64,000 bases of DNA from Candidatus Kapaibacterium sp. (GCA_963665665.1 OY762428.1:3456001-3520000); one strand, 5' to 3'. Shown: positions 1-10,732, counted from the first letter of the stretch. Notes: a model not told the origin generated them from the letters alone. Made by a program: numbers and translations.

Positions 1-726
1 ATTAAACAGGCTTTTTCCGTTTGAGGAATTCCTTCCTGCAACAAATAGTATTATATCGTTGTCAGAGGCGAATTTTCTCAGGTTCTCGTCCCTGCCATGA
101 ACATATTTGCAGATAGTATCCTTTGTCTGGAAATCCTGTTCAATTTCTCCACCATCAATCAGGTGGCTGAGTTTATCTTTAAGCGTTTCTGCAATATTTA
201 AATATGTTTGTTTATTCATTGTCGTTTGCGAGAAAATTACAGCCGGCTTTTCGGGATCAATCAATTTTACAGCCTCGTCATCGGGTGATTTAATAACCAC
301 ACACTCGTCATTGCAAACACCGCGGATGCCTACTATTTCAGGGTGCTCGCGTTTGCCGTAAACAATTACCTGGTATCCCCGGTCGTAGTATTTCCGGACT
401 CTTTTCTGCAATGCAGTTACCAGTGGGCAGGTTGCGTCTACAAGGTTCAGGTTCAGGTTCTGAATTTTTTTATAAGTTGAAGGCGGTTCGCCGTGAGCAC
501 GAATAAATATTTTCGCGTTCTTTCCTTCAAGTTCCTTCATGTTGTCGTGATTGGCAGTTTTCAGGCCCTTAGCCTCAAGCCTTTCAATCTCGCGGGGATT
601 ATGGATTATATCTCCAAGAACATAAATCTCTTCGCCTTTGTTTTCGTCAAGGTGCTTTTCAACTATATCTATCGTACGTACAACTCCCCAGCAAAATCCT
701 GCCGAGTCATCTATATGTATATTCAT
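1..726 (-). CDS. ispH: 4-hydroxy-3-methylbut-2-enyl diphosphate reductase (5' part, runs off window start)
   Basis: Manual translation from ATG at 726: MNIHIDDSAGFCWGVVRTID..., with IIHN, IRAHG and VDATCPLV motifs. Lies downstream of cmk. Missing from the ORF track because it has no stop in the window. Confidence 0.93.
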   Translation of the reverse strand, partial: MNIHIDDSAGFCWGVVRTIDIVEKHLDENKGEEIYVLGDIIHNPREIERLEAKGLKTANHDNMKELEGKNAKIFIRAHGEPPSTYKKIQNLNLNLVDATCPLVTALQKRVRKYYDRGYQVIVYGKREHPEIVGIRGVCNDECVVIKSPDDEAVKLIDPEKPAVIFSQTTMNKQTYLNIAETLKDKLSHLIDGGEIEQDFQTKDTICKYVHGRDENLRKFASDNDIILFVAGRNSSNGKSLFN

Positions 727-753
727 TGTATTCTCCGGTTATTGAAGATTATT

Positions 754-1422
754 TTAAGCAATAATTTTTCTTGCAAGGTCAATAATTTTATCAGATTGTT
801 CTTCTATTGTTAAATTCGATGTATCTATTTCTATTGCATCATCTGCTTTTCTAAGCGGGCTGATGGGCCGGTTGCTGTCGTAGTGGTCTCTGTCTGCAAT
901 TTGCTTTTTGATTTCGTCGACAGAAAATTCCATCCCCTTTTCTTTCATTTCAAGCATACGCCTTTCAGCGCGGGCATCTATCGTTGCCGATAAGAATATT
1001 TTCAGTTCTGCCTGAGGGAATACATCCGTTCCAATATCGCGGCCGTCCATTACCACGCCGCCGGGTTTTCCCATTTCTCTCTGCATGGCGACCATTTTTT
1101 CGCGGACAATACCCATAGCGCTAACCGGGCTGACCTGTTTTGTTACTTCAGGAGTGCGTATCTCTTCGGAAACATCCTCCGATCCGAGATATGTTCTTTG
1201 TCCGTTTTCTGAAGGAGCCAGCCTGACCGGATATTTCTCCATAAGGTTTGCAAGGTTTGCATCATTCATTTCAGATTCTGATCTTAGCCATGCAAGGGTT
1301 ACTGCCCTGTACATTGCACCGGTGTCAATATATATATACCCAAGTGTTTCCGCGACAATTTTTGCAGTGGTTGTTTTTCCAGATCCGGCAGGGCCGTCGA
1401 TTGCTATAATTATTTTTTCCAT
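754..1422 (-). CDS. cmk: Cytidylate kinase
   Basis: IAIDGPAGSGKTT, YIDTGAMYRA and VMDGRDIGT motifs. Confidence 0.97.
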   Translation of the reverse strand: MEKIIIAIDGPAGSGKTTTAKIVAETLGYIYIDTGAMYRAVTLAWLRSESEMNDANLANLMEKYPVRLAPSENGQRTYLGSEDVSEEIRTPEVTKQVSPVSAMGIVREKMVAMQREMGKPGGVVMDGRDIGTDVFPQAELKIFLSATIDARAERRMLEMKEKGMEFSVDEIKKQIADRDHYDSNRPISPLRKADDAIEIDTSNLTIEEQSDKIIDLARKIIA

Positions 1423-1447
1423 TTATTAAATGCCTGTTTTAAAATAT

Positions 1448-2161
1448 TCAATGTTCAGATTTTACTAAATTATAAAAAACGGAGATAACTTCATCAGTGT
1501 TCTCAAGAGTATCCAACACTACATCGGGTTTGAGTTCTTCGAGCTTCTCAGTATTCAGCCATCCGGTGGCAACGGATACTACGGGTATTCCGTTTGAACG
1601 GGCGCATTCAATATCCATGTGGCTGTCTCCGATAATAATTGTATTGTTCAGATTGAAAACATCTTCACCCCAATAACGGTTTGCTCTGTCAATGGCTATA
1701 GGCAGGAGTTTGTTCCTGTCCTGATGATCCGATCCGAAAGCTCCGAAAGGAAACAATTTATCAATTCCCCAGGGCGACAGTTTCAGGTAGGCATTTTTTT
1801 CAAAATTCCCGGTAAGCAAGGCGCACTGGAAATCATCGCTTGCAGAAAGTCTGTGCAGAAGGGTATTTATTCCCGGTAATAATTTTAAATGCTCATCATC
1901 TGCAAAATCCTTGAACATATCGTACATCATTTCCCAGATATTATCTATGTCGTCCAGAAGCTTTTGATAAGAGAAACCAAATTTATGGCAGATCAGTTGC
2001 AGTATTTTCAGGTCTGTCTGTCCCTGGAAATCCGGCATCATATCCTCGCTGATCTCCGTTCCGAATATATTTTTCATTGCTACAGAAAAAAGTTCCTTTG
2101 ATTTTCCATCCCTGAAGCGAACCAGGGTTCCGTCAATATCGAACAATAATAAAATCGGCAT
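1448..2161 (-). CDS. HAD-family hydrolase
   Basis: LFDIDGTL motif I, LLTGN, IIGDSHMD. Start moved to the Met just before motif I. Confidence 0.88.
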   Translation of the reverse strand: MPILLLFDIDGTLVRFRDGKSKELFSVAMKNIFGTEISEDMMPDFQGQTDLKILQLICHKFGFSYQKLLDDIDNIWEMMYDMFKDFADDEHLKLLPGINTLLHRLSASDDFQCALLTGNFEKNAYLKLSPWGIDKLFPFGAFGSDHQDRNKLLPIAIDRANRYWGEDVFNLNNTIIIGDSHMDIECARSNGIPVVSVATGWLNTEKLEELKPDVVLDTLENTDEVISVFYNLVKSEH

Positions 2162-2369
2162 ATAAATATTTTCACATTTTATATTTAACATAAGGCCAAT
2201 ATAACAAAATACTTTGTTACGCCCAAGAATAGGCATATCACAGCCAAATTCGGATTAGAAACGTATTAGTTCTGATTTGATTGAATCTTAAATAATAACA
2301 AATCGGCTTTGAAACTTAACTTTTCGACAATCGTATTATTAATTGAGATTTATGAAGAATCCAGGCTAA

Positions 2370-3542
2370 GTGATGAATAGTAATGAAATGCCATACAACC
2401 TTGAATCAGGAAAAGACAGCAGCCAGTTTTACGAGAATCTTAATATTGCCTGTGACCTTGTAATCAATACCGCGAATGATAAACTTGACGATCTGATCAA
2501 AGATTATATGGTATTTATAAGGGTCGGCAAAATTGAACCATTACGGAGTCATGACGAATATCTTATTGAAGCTATAAGCATTGGCGTTTTCTGGAAGAAT
2601 TATCTTGGCGGCGCTTTGAAACTTAATCGCAGTATAGCGGATTTTCTTCATTATCTCTACAACCTCAGAAGGAGAAACAAAAAACTTAAACCTTATGTTG
2701 ACAAGGTGCGCGGATATCTTTTTTCCCGTTTTTTAAAATCAGAGACAGAATCAGGCCAGCCAAAGATAATAGGGAATTTTGAGTCGCTTGTTGCATGGCT
2801 GAAATCCAGTGGCGATTTCAGGGAGGAATGTGAAAGGTTAGACAATTGGCTACATTTCTTCACTATCCAGTCCGATTCGAATGCAAGAAAATGGATTTCG
2901 ACTATAGTTTCCTATGCTTCAACATTTGAAGATATTGGAAAGACTTTGCTTGGGAAATACACAAGCAAAGTGGATTCCTTCAGGAATAATAATTATTCAT
3001 CTTATAAAAACAGGGAAGACCTGATTCTTTGTTTCAGGCCCGAAAACGAATACCACCTGAATATGATAGCTGCCGGGATATTGAACAGGGAATTTCAGGA
3101 GAAGTTTGAAAGAACAGAACAAAAAATACTTCTTCTGCCAACTTGCATGAGGACAATGCCGGAGAGCCATTGCAAAGCAAGTCCGAAAGGCCGTGAACTG
3201 ATATGTGCTTCCTGCAGTGTTAATTGCCGTATAAATAATATTAAATCAAAAATGAATAATGAGGGAATTGAAGTAAGGCTGATACCTCATTCTTCAGATT
3301 TCTCTGAATTTCTGAAAACATGGGAAAATTCCGAAACCACCGGCCTGATTGGCGTTGCCTGCGTGTTAAACCTTCTGACGGGCGGATATGAAATGAAAAA
3401 ACTTAATATACCATCGCAATGTGTTTTCCTTGAAAGCTGCGGTTGCAAAAACCACTGGGACAGTGAAGGAATTCCTACTGAATTGAATCTCAGGCAGGTT
3501 TTACAAATCGCGCAGCCAAAAAAAATGAAACTATCTGCATAA
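2370..3542 (+). CDS. DUF116-like Cys-rich protein
   Basis: C-terminal LLPTCMR, CASCSVNC and GLIGVAC motifs. Confidence 0.7.
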   Translation: MMNSNEMPYNLESGKDSSQFYENLNIACDLVINTANDKLDDLIKDYMVFIRVGKIEPLRSHDEYLIEAISIGVFWKNYLGGALKLNRSIADFLHYLYNLRRRNKKLKPYVDKVRGYLFSRFLKSETESGQPKIIGNFESLVAWLKSSGDFREECERLDNWLHFFTIQSDSNARKWISTIVSYASTFEDIGKTLLGKYTSKVDSFRNNNYSSYKNREDLILCFRPENEYHLNMIAAGILNREFQEKFERTEQKILLLPTCMRTMPESHCKASPKGRELICASCSVNCRINNIKSKMNNEGIEVRLIPHSSDFSEFLKTWENSETTGLIGVACVLNLLTGGYEMKKLNIPSQCVFLESCGCKNHWDSEGIPTELNLRQVLQIAQPKKMKLSA

Positions 3543-3620
3543 TATTATAAATTTTCTCCTGCAAGAATTTTAATTCTGGTTCGTATAAAAATGAAATTTG
3601 TATAATTCTTACATGGAGAT

Positions 3621-4025
3621 ATGTTAATGGATATTAAAAAAGTATTCGAAGATTACAATACTATTGCTGTTTACGGCATGTCCACCAATCCTGCCAAACC
3701 TTCTCATACCGTTCCCGTATTTTTTCTTGATCACGGATATACTGTTTATCCTGTAAATCCGGTTGCTGATGAAATTGCCGGCGAGAAAGTATATAAAAAC
3801 CTGGCCGACGCTCCTGAGGGAATAGAAATACTTAATGTGTTCCGTCCTTCTGATCAGGCCTTGGGCGTTGTTGAGGAAGCTGTTGCCAGGAAAAAGGCCA
3901 AAGGCGATATTAAACTGATATGGCTTCAGGAAGGTATAATCAGCGACGAAGCAAAAAAACTTGCCGAAGAGAACGGTATTGATTTTATCCAGGACAAATG
4001 CATGTATAAGGAATATCTACGATAG
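3621..4025 (+). CDS. CoA-binding protein (YccU-like)
   Basis: IAVYGMS, VYPVNP, IWLQEG and DKCM motifs. Confidence 0.9.
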   Translation: MLMDIKKVFEDYNTIAVYGMSTNPAKPSHTVPVFFLDHGYTVYPVNPVADEIAGEKVYKNLADAPEGIEILNVFRPSDQALGVVEEAVARKKAKGDIKLIWLQEGIISDEAKKLAEENGIDFIQDKCMYKEYLR

Positions 4026-4046
4026 AAACCAATTTATACTTCATCC

Positions 4047-4088
4047 AATCCCTTCCTGTTATCCGGGAAGGGATTTTTTTATTTTTTT
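4047..4088 (+). terminator. Intrinsic terminator
   Basis: aatcccttcc/ggaagggatt hairpin followed by T-runs. Confidence 0.8.
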
Positions 4089-4162
4089 ATGATACTGAAA
4101 TCCGGGGTGAAACAAAAATTAATAAATTGTGTCTATTCAAAAAGAAATTTTGAACGGGGAAC

Positions 4163-4720
4163 ATTATCAATAAAAATAAACATAAGGAATGGAATCAAAG
4201 TTTCCGGGAAAGTAAAGAATCAGCTGATTCAGCTTTCACTGAAATTTATAATACTTACTCGAAAAGCCTGTATGTTTATTGCGTAAAAATGTCCGGCAGC
4301 AATGAATTTGCTGATGATATTTACCAGGAAGCCTTTATAAAGCTTTATAAGACTCTTGAGAAAGGCAATAATATTGAGAATATGTATGCATATCTTCTTA
4401 CTATCTGCCGCAACCTGATTTATAACAGGGCCAGGAATAAAATTTATTTCGAGGATGTTGAGAAAGCAAATGATATTGTTGATCTTAGCAGCAATATTCT
4501 GGAAAAGAAGGAATTCAACACGGCAGTAAGTGACGCCCTGGACAAACTGCCCTCCGAACATAAAGAAGCTTTTATTCTTCAGGTTTTCGACGGAATGTCG
4601 TATAAGGAAATAAGCAACATCAGCAATGTACCTGTATCTACTGTCAGGAACAGGGTTGTCCGGGCAAAACGAAAATTGAGGCAATTATTATCAACTTATC
4701 TTGAACTGAAAAACAATTAA
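4163..4720 (+). CDS. ECF RNA polymerase sigma factor (start uncertain)
   Basis: DDIYQEAFIK (region 2) and MSYKEIS...TVRNRVVRAK (region 4). The frame is open from 4154 and contains the sigma-like SAFTEIYNTYSKSLYVYC upstream of the ATG at 4289. Confidence 0.85.
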   Translation: MINKNKHKEWNQSFRESKESADSAFTEIYNTYSKSLYVYCVKMSGSNEFADDIYQEAFIKLYKTLEKGNNIENMYAYLLTICRNLIYNRARNKIYFEDVEKANDIVDLSSNILEKKEFNTAVSDALDKLPSEHKEAFILQVFDGMSYKEISNISNVPVSTVRNRVVRAKRKLRQLLSTYLELKNN

Positions 4721-4732
4721 AATGGCTGAGCA

Positions 4733-5989
4733 ATGGAAAACTATAGTATAAATTCAGATTCGGAACTTCTATATATGACGCTTGACGGTGAAGCCGATGA
4801 AATACAGAGTTCAATTTTGTTCAGAAAACTTGCCGTGGACGCGGAACTGCAAAAAGAATTCCGCGATGCTGTAAGTATCAATCACGGAGCCGTAAAAGAA
4901 TCAGAAAATATAGTTCCATCAGGAAAGCTGACTAATAATATTTTTTCAACTCTGAATATCGGAACTGCCACGGCTCCTGCAATTACCGAAAAATCCATAC
5001 CCGGAATAAATAAATTAACTCAGTTTTTGTTCAATCGCTGGCCTGTTGCGATTATATCAGGCATAGTTTGTTCGCTTCTTACATATTTCATGCTTGGAAA
5101 TAATAGCTTACAGGACAGATTGCCAATCAAAGTTTATACCTATACTGCAAATACAGCAACAAATAACGCTGACAACAATACCGGCAGCAACAACACTGTA
5201 GCAGGAAAAACTCAGCAAATAAATAATCCGGGTGGCGCCAAAACTGTTAGGAGTACAACAGCGAATTCCGATAATAAAAATTTCCAAAACAGCAGCATGG
5301 CACAGAAAGATGACTCAGAAAATACGCTTTCGAAAGTACCTACACTAATTCCGATTCAAATTATAAGAACTGAAAATTTGTCTTATGTTGCATCTGAGAT
5401 TAACTCCGGGAGTATCTTTTTCAGTATTATACCAACAGAATTATCCGGTAGTTCCCTTATTGATAGAAATGATAATGGCGATGAAGATATTGACGAATTT
5501 CCATATTTCCTGAGTATCGGGGCTTTCAATCAGAACGCATTAAAATTCTATCCTGACAGAGATTTAAATATTGGAAATGAGCCATTGTTCAATAATTCAG
5601 GGTTAAATATATCCTGGCTGATTGATGAAAGCAATTCTATTGGAATTGAATACAGCCAGGAAACTTTGCCCATGTATATAGGTGGTGATGCAATAACTGA
5701 TCCATACTATCCCAGGAAATCTCTTGTGTTCTTCGGGATCAATTATACCCATATATTTAATTCACTCGAAATAATCAATAATCTGAGGCCCTATTTAAAA
5801 AATTCTGTCTCGGGTTGTAAAATTGGCATGTCATTTAAACCCGAGGCAGGATTGATTTGGAATCCTGCCGACAGGGTTCAGGTTTTCCTTGCTGCAGACG
5901 GGAATATCCTGCTATACAGAAACAACCTTGACGTATTTAAAACTATAAAAAAGGTAGGGCTACGTTACGGTATAAATTTATTATTCTGA
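4733..5989 (+). CDS. Putative anti-sigma factor with TM helix and C-terminal beta-barrel-like domain
   Basis: Directly follows the ECF gene. N-terminal LDGE motif, hydrophobic segment near aa 103-121, N/T-rich linker, C-terminus GLRYGINLLF. Confidence 0.6.
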   Translation: MENYSINSDSELLYMTLDGEADEIQSSILFRKLAVDAELQKEFRDAVSINHGAVKESENIVPSGKLTNNIFSTLNIGTATAPAITEKSIPGINKLTQFLFNRWPVAIISGIVCSLLTYFMLGNNSLQDRLPIKVYTYTANTATNNADNNTGSNNTVAGKTQQINNPGGAKTVRSTTANSDNKNFQNSSMAQKDDSENTLSKVPTLIPIQIIRTENLSYVASEINSGSIFFSIIPTELSGSSLIDRNDNGDEDIDEFPYFLSIGAFNQNALKFYPDRDLNIGNEPLFNNSGLNISWLIDESNSIGIEYSQETLPMYIGGDAITDPYYPRKSLVFFGINYTHIFNSLEIINNLRPYLKNSVSGCKIGMSFKPEAGLIWNPADRVQVFLAADGNILLYRNNLDVFKTIKKVGLRYGINLLF

Positions 5990-6008
5990 AAATGAAAAGG
6001 AACATAAA

Positions 6009-7121
6009 ATGAAACACCTTGTAATTTTTGCCAGTTTATGTATATTTATGTCTTGCAGTAATGCTTCGCTTGAGCCTGTTCTTCCAGACCAGACTGATAT
6101 GGAAAAGCTCTATAATGTTTACGAAATGCCCGAATATTTTATTCATCCTGGCGAGATATTTATTGATACCGAAGGAACCTTTTTTTTGATAGGCCGGGAT
6201 GAACAAGCTCTGAATATTTTTAGAAGCTACGATACTTGCAGGGAATGGAAAATATTTATGAAGGATTCGTCTGTTTCCCATACCGATCCGGAGGAGTTTG
6301 TTGTTTATGATAATGGCCAAAATATTGTATACCGTGGATATTATCCATATAGTTGGTCCGAACAACATAATGAATGGAGAAATTGGTATAATTTCTTTGG
6401 TAAAATAAAGGAAAACGGGCGCTTTTATCCTGATGAACTTGATATGGATGAAGAGGGGAATCTATATCTTACAGGACTTCTTGATGAAACTGAGGTTTAT
6501 ATTCTTTTCTCATCTGACAGGGGAATGTCATGGGAAATTCTTCCGCCTCATGAAAAGAACAAATTTCACCAGGGCTTGTTTTGTTTCAGCAACAGGATAC
6601 TCAAGATATTGAAGCAAACCGGACTATATTATAGTGATGATAAAGGCCAAAACTGGACTCTGGTTTCAGGATTGGATTCAAAGGATTTGGCATTTTCCAG
6701 CAATGTCGGATGGAAAAATACAGTATCGAATGCAATAATAGAAGGTAGAAACGGAAAATTATATATGTGTAATAGTTATTCTAATTATCTGTTAATCAGT
6801 CCTGATAATGGAGAAAGCTGGCAGAAAATAAGCTTTGATTTTCAAGGTTATAATCTTCAGGACATTCTTTACGTGGATGAAACAGGCAATATTTTTGCAT
6901 CTTATATTTTCACAAATTATTCAAATAGTGCTGATATTGAAGAGAAAGCCGGAATCTATAAATCATCTGATGGAGGAAAAACATGGGAATATTGTATAAA
7001 AATTTTCAACGAGAGAAAAGACTGGGATTTTAAACCGATATACAATCGAATTCTCGACGACGGAACAGTTCTCTACCTATATAATAGCGAGTTTTATGTC
7101 TCAAAAAATAAGATTTTTTAA
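6009..7121 (+). CDS. Lipoprotein with BNR/Asp-box repeats
   Basis: Lipobox-like FMSC; repeats SSDRGMSW, SDDKGQNW, SPDNGESW, SSDGGKTW. Confidence 0.8.
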   Translation: MKHLVIFASLCIFMSCSNASLEPVLPDQTDMEKLYNVYEMPEYFIHPGEIFIDTEGTFFLIGRDEQALNIFRSYDTCREWKIFMKDSSVSHTDPEEFVVYDNGQNIVYRGYYPYSWSEQHNEWRNWYNFFGKIKENGRFYPDELDMDEEGNLYLTGLLDETEVYILFSSDRGMSWEILPPHEKNKFHQGLFCFSNRILKILKQTGLYYSDDKGQNWTLVSGLDSKDLAFSSNVGWKNTVSNAIIEGRNGKLYMCNSYSNYLLISPDNGESWQKISFDFQGYNLQDILYVDETGNIFASYIFTNYSNSADIEEKAGIYKSSDGGKTWEYCIKIFNERKDWDFKPIYNRILDDGTVLYLYNSEFYVSKNKIF

Positions 7122-7226
7122 AAGTACATGATGCAATTCAAATATTAATATAATCATTGCGTTCATTGATCATATTCATTCTCCGGATAATGGAGAAAAG
7201 GGAAATATTAATTCGAGGGAAAATAG

Positions 7227-7466
7227 ATGGATCAGGAAGTTACATTCGAGGCGGTCAATGAAATCATTCAAAAAGAGATAAAATCTTTTATCGAGGCTGA
7301 CGGGGGAAAAATCGAGCTGGCTAAAGTGGAAAAAGGCAGGGTATATGTTAAGCTTAGCGGAGCATGCGCCGGCTGCCCTGCCGCATCGATGACATTGAAA
7401 TTCGGAGTGGAAAGAATTTTGAAAGAAAAGCTTCCCGGTATAGAATCTGTTGAACTGGCATTCTAA
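7227..7466 (+). CDS. NifU/NfuA-like Fe-S carrier
   Basis: ADGGKIEL and GACAGCP motifs. Confidence 0.92.
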   Translation: MDQEVTFEAVNEIIQKEIKSFIEADGGKIELAKVEKGRVYVKLSGACAGCPAASMTLKFGVERILKEKLPGIESVELAF

Positions 7467-7478
7467 TAAATACAAACT

Positions 7479-8111
7479 ATGACATTGAACTTTATACTTA
7501 GCGGACTTATAGGTTATTTTCTCGGTGCAATTCCATTTGCCCTGATAATTGTAAAAATGGCATCGGGAATGGATGTCAGGAAGGTCGGAACCGGAAATGT
7601 CGGCGCCATGAACAGTTTTGAATCCACCAACAAAAAATGGATTGGAATCTTTGTTATGCTGCTTGACTTTGCCAAGGGAGTTCTTGCTGTTTTAATCTCC
7701 AATCTTATTAGCGACGGTGATATTAAAGTTGCAGCTATTGCTGGCAGTGCGGCAGTTCTGGGACATAATTACAATATATTCCTGAAATTCAAAGGAGGGC
7801 GCGGGCTTGCTACAGCCGCCGGAGCTTTTGTAATGGTAAATCCTCTTGCCCTGTTCCTTTGGATATTCGGCTGGCTGTTGGGATATTATATTATCCGGCG
7901 GAATGTACACGTGGCTAATACGGTCGGAACAATGATGTCCTGCATGCTTGTTCTGAATTCTCCGGAATTTGTCCTGACAGGGCTACAAACCATGGAGTTT
8001 ACAAATCTTGCATGGTATAAGATAATGTCTGTTTTAATCACTATTATAATACTCCTGCGCCATATTGAGCCATTGAGAAAAGTAAAATGGAAGAAAAGAG
8101 GGACTGATTGA
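7479..8111 (+). CDS. plsY: Glycerol-3-phosphate acyltransferase PlsY
   Basis: GTGNVGAMN, LDFAKG, GHNY, FKGGRGLAT and LRH motifs. Confidence 0.92.
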   Translation: MTLNFILSGLIGYFLGAIPFALIIVKMASGMDVRKVGTGNVGAMNSFESTNKKWIGIFVMLLDFAKGVLAVLISNLISDGDIKVAAIAGSAAVLGHNYNIFLKFKGGRGLATAAGAFVMVNPLALFLWIFGWLLGYYIIRRNVHVANTVGTMMSCMLVLNSPEFVLTGLQTMEFTNLAWYKIMSVLITIIILLRHIEPLRKVKWKKRGTD

Positions 8112-8252
8112 ATATTTTATTCTTAGAATACAGAACAACTTCTGGCAAATCAACTTTTGCAGTCAGAGTTATTGGGATTGTGTAAAAGATTTTTCCTTTT
8201 GATTCCCCTGCTTCAAAAAAAGCAGGGGAATGAGGAAAATTGTTTTTACGGT

Positions 8253-9342
8253 TTATATCAGCAGGTAGGCCTTCATGAAATCGTCGATATCTCCGTCCAT
8301 AACAGCCTGTATGTCCGTTCTTTTTGTTTCGCTGCGGTGGTCGTTTACCATAGTGTATGGCTGAAATACATAGGAACGTATCTGGCTGCCCCATTCAATT
8401 TTTTTCTTACTGCCTTCTATCTCGGCTTTCGCGGCTTCCTCTTCTTCACGTTTCTTCTGGTAGAGCCTTGATTTCAGCATTTTCATGGCACGTTCGCGGT
8501 TCTGGAACTGAGAGCGTTCCTGCTGGCAGGATACAACAATGCCTGATGGCAGATGCCTGAGCCTAACGGCTGTTTCCACTTTGTTCACGTTCTGGCCGCC
8601 CTTGCCGCCTGAGCGGAATGTATCCATTTCAATATCGTCCGGGTTTACTTCTATTTCAATATCGTCTGTTACCTCGGGGTAAACGAATACTGATGCAAAC
8701 GATGTATGGCGTCTGGCGTTGGAGTCGAATGGCGAGATCCTTACCAGCCTGTGAACGCCATTCTCGGCTTTCAGGTAACCGAATGCATGCTTGCCCTGAA
8801 TTTCAATTGTTACTGATTTCATCCCGGCCACGTCGCCCGGAAGTTCGTCCAGAAGGAAGACCTTGCTTTTGCGTCTTTCGGCCCAACGCGTATACATCCT
8901 GAGCAGCATTTCCACCCAGTCCTGAGCTTCTGTTCCGCCGGCGCCGGCGTGAATTGTCAGTATAGCCGTTTTATCATCGTCCTTACCGGAAAGCAGTTTT
9001 TGTATTTCCAGGTCGGCAATTTTTTGGGCGGCGGAATCTATTTCAGATATTATATCGTCTTCAAGCGTTTCGTCTTTATCTTCTTCGGCCAGCAGCAGCA
9101 TAGCTTCAGCGTCGTCCACAGCGGTGCTTGTTCTTTTCCAGTTCTGCACCCATTCCTTGCGGTCTGATATTTCCTGCATAGTTTCGCGGGCTTTATTCTG
9201 GTCGTTCCAGAAATTTTCTGCCTCGGTTATTTTCTGAAGTTCGGAGATTTCATTTTCCTTGGCGTCAATGTCAAAGATACCTCCGTAGTTCAAGGGTTCT
9301 TTTTCTCAGTTCTTCAATCTTTTCTTTTTGCGGTTCAAACAT
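8253..9342 (-). CDS. prfB: Peptide chain release factor 2, +1 programmed frameshift
   Basis: SPF and GGQ motifs. ORF0 from ATG 9342 ([23 protein letters not shown]) ends at CTT TGA C (9276-9270), preceded by an internal SD CGGAGG. Confidence 0.97.
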
Positions 9343-9742
9343 TTACAATCTCCGAAGATTTAAATTTATACAGAATTACAAAATTATGATATATGGGGCT
9401 TAGAAAAAAATAATAATTTTAGTGAGATTTGAATTGCTGAAATTACACTCAAAAAACATCTTTATTATTTTTCAAAAAATTGTATATTATGAAGGATTGA
9501 TGAGAAATATCAAATTTAAAAAGTTAAAGAGTAATAAATCAATAAGGAAATCTTTTTCTATTTATGGTTTCATTAATATTTGTTTTCTTTTATTTTTGTA
9601 TGTAAATTTATTCAATAGTTGAATACGTATCTTATTACATTGAACTTAATGCGTATTGCGTGCATATTTAGCTTGTAGTAAAACTAAAATAATCGAGTGC
9701 TGCAAATCAATTATAATAAATAATTTTCAGACCGATATAACA

Positions 9743-10732
9743 ATGAAAATGAATATTTTTGACAACAAAATAGAAGATTTTAGTAATTGGTACGATGATC
9801 AATTACCATTTCATGAGGAAGCTGCTCGTTTTTTTTCCTCCCTAATTAATACATTTCCGAAAGTTGAATCTGTTAAATTTAGAATAAAAGCTAAAGATGA
9901 GAGTATCAGAAAATTTAAGCGTAAATATTTGCCATTAGAAGATATAAATGATAATGATTATAAGATTAAAACTTTTATAACCGATTTGATCGGGGTTAGG
10001 GCCATTTGTCTGTATTCTGATGATGTAAATAGAATCAGGCGGGACTTAAAGAGATATTTTCATGAGGTAGAAATTACTGATAAATCGGGCCAGTTAGAAA
10101 AGACAGAAGATAAGTTCGGATATAAAAGCTTACATCTTCAATTAATATTAAAAAATAAGTTGAAAGGTGTTTATGATTACAAGAGATTTAGTAAACTTAC
10201 ATTTGAACTCCAAATACGGACAACAATACAGGATGCTTGGAGCACTCTTGATCATAAAATTAAGTACAAAAAAAGCATCCCTCAGAATTTGAAACGGAGA
10301 ATTAATCGATTATCCGCTTTATTTGAAATTGCAGAAGATGAATTCCTTAATATTCAAAAAGAGATTATCCAGGAAGAATCAAAAATTCGTACCAGATTAA
10401 AAAAAGGAGGTAAAATTCAAAAATCGAAAGCCTTAGATGTATTTAGATTCTTATTTGTGGCGCTAAAATATTTTTCTGACTATAATTTTATTGAATATAA
10501 AGTTGACAGTTTTGTTGAGGAAATTCTCTCATTAAACAAGAACTTTACTGAAGGAGAGTTAAGTGAAGCATTAGAAAAATACCTTCCTTTTGCAGACAGT
10601 ATTGAGCAAATGATAAAACAAAAAATGAATCCATATACAAAAATCAGATATTGCCTGTATAAGTTGGATATAAAAACATTCGCCTTAATATTATCCATAC
10701 ATCAGACAAGAATTATTAATAGTATGAATTAA
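9743..10732 (+). CDS. RelA/SpoT-domain small alarmone synthetase-like protein
   Basis: RIK...K, DLIGVR, GYKSLH and ELQIRT...QDAW...H motifs; no hydrolase, TGS or ACT domain evident. Confidence 0.85.
   Translation: MKMNIFDNKIEDFSNWYDDQLPFHEEAARFFSSLINTFPKVESVKFRIKAKDESIRKFKRKYLPLEDINDNDYKIKTFITDLIGVRAICLYSDDVNRIRRDLKRYFHEVEITDKSGQLEKTEDKFGYKSLHLQLILKNKLKGVYDYKRFSKLTFELQIRTTIQDAWSTLDHKIKYKKSIPQNLKRRINRLSALFEIAEDEFLNIQKEIIQEESKIRTRLKKGGKIQKSKALDVFRFLFVALKYFSDYNFIEYKVDSFVEEILSLNKNFTEGELSEALEKYLPFADSIEQMIKQKMNPYTKIRYCLYKLDIKTFALILSIHQTRIINSMN

Noticed and set aside
107-813. Plus-strand ORFs 107-361 and 493-813
   Set aside because: Antisense shadows of ispH and cmk.
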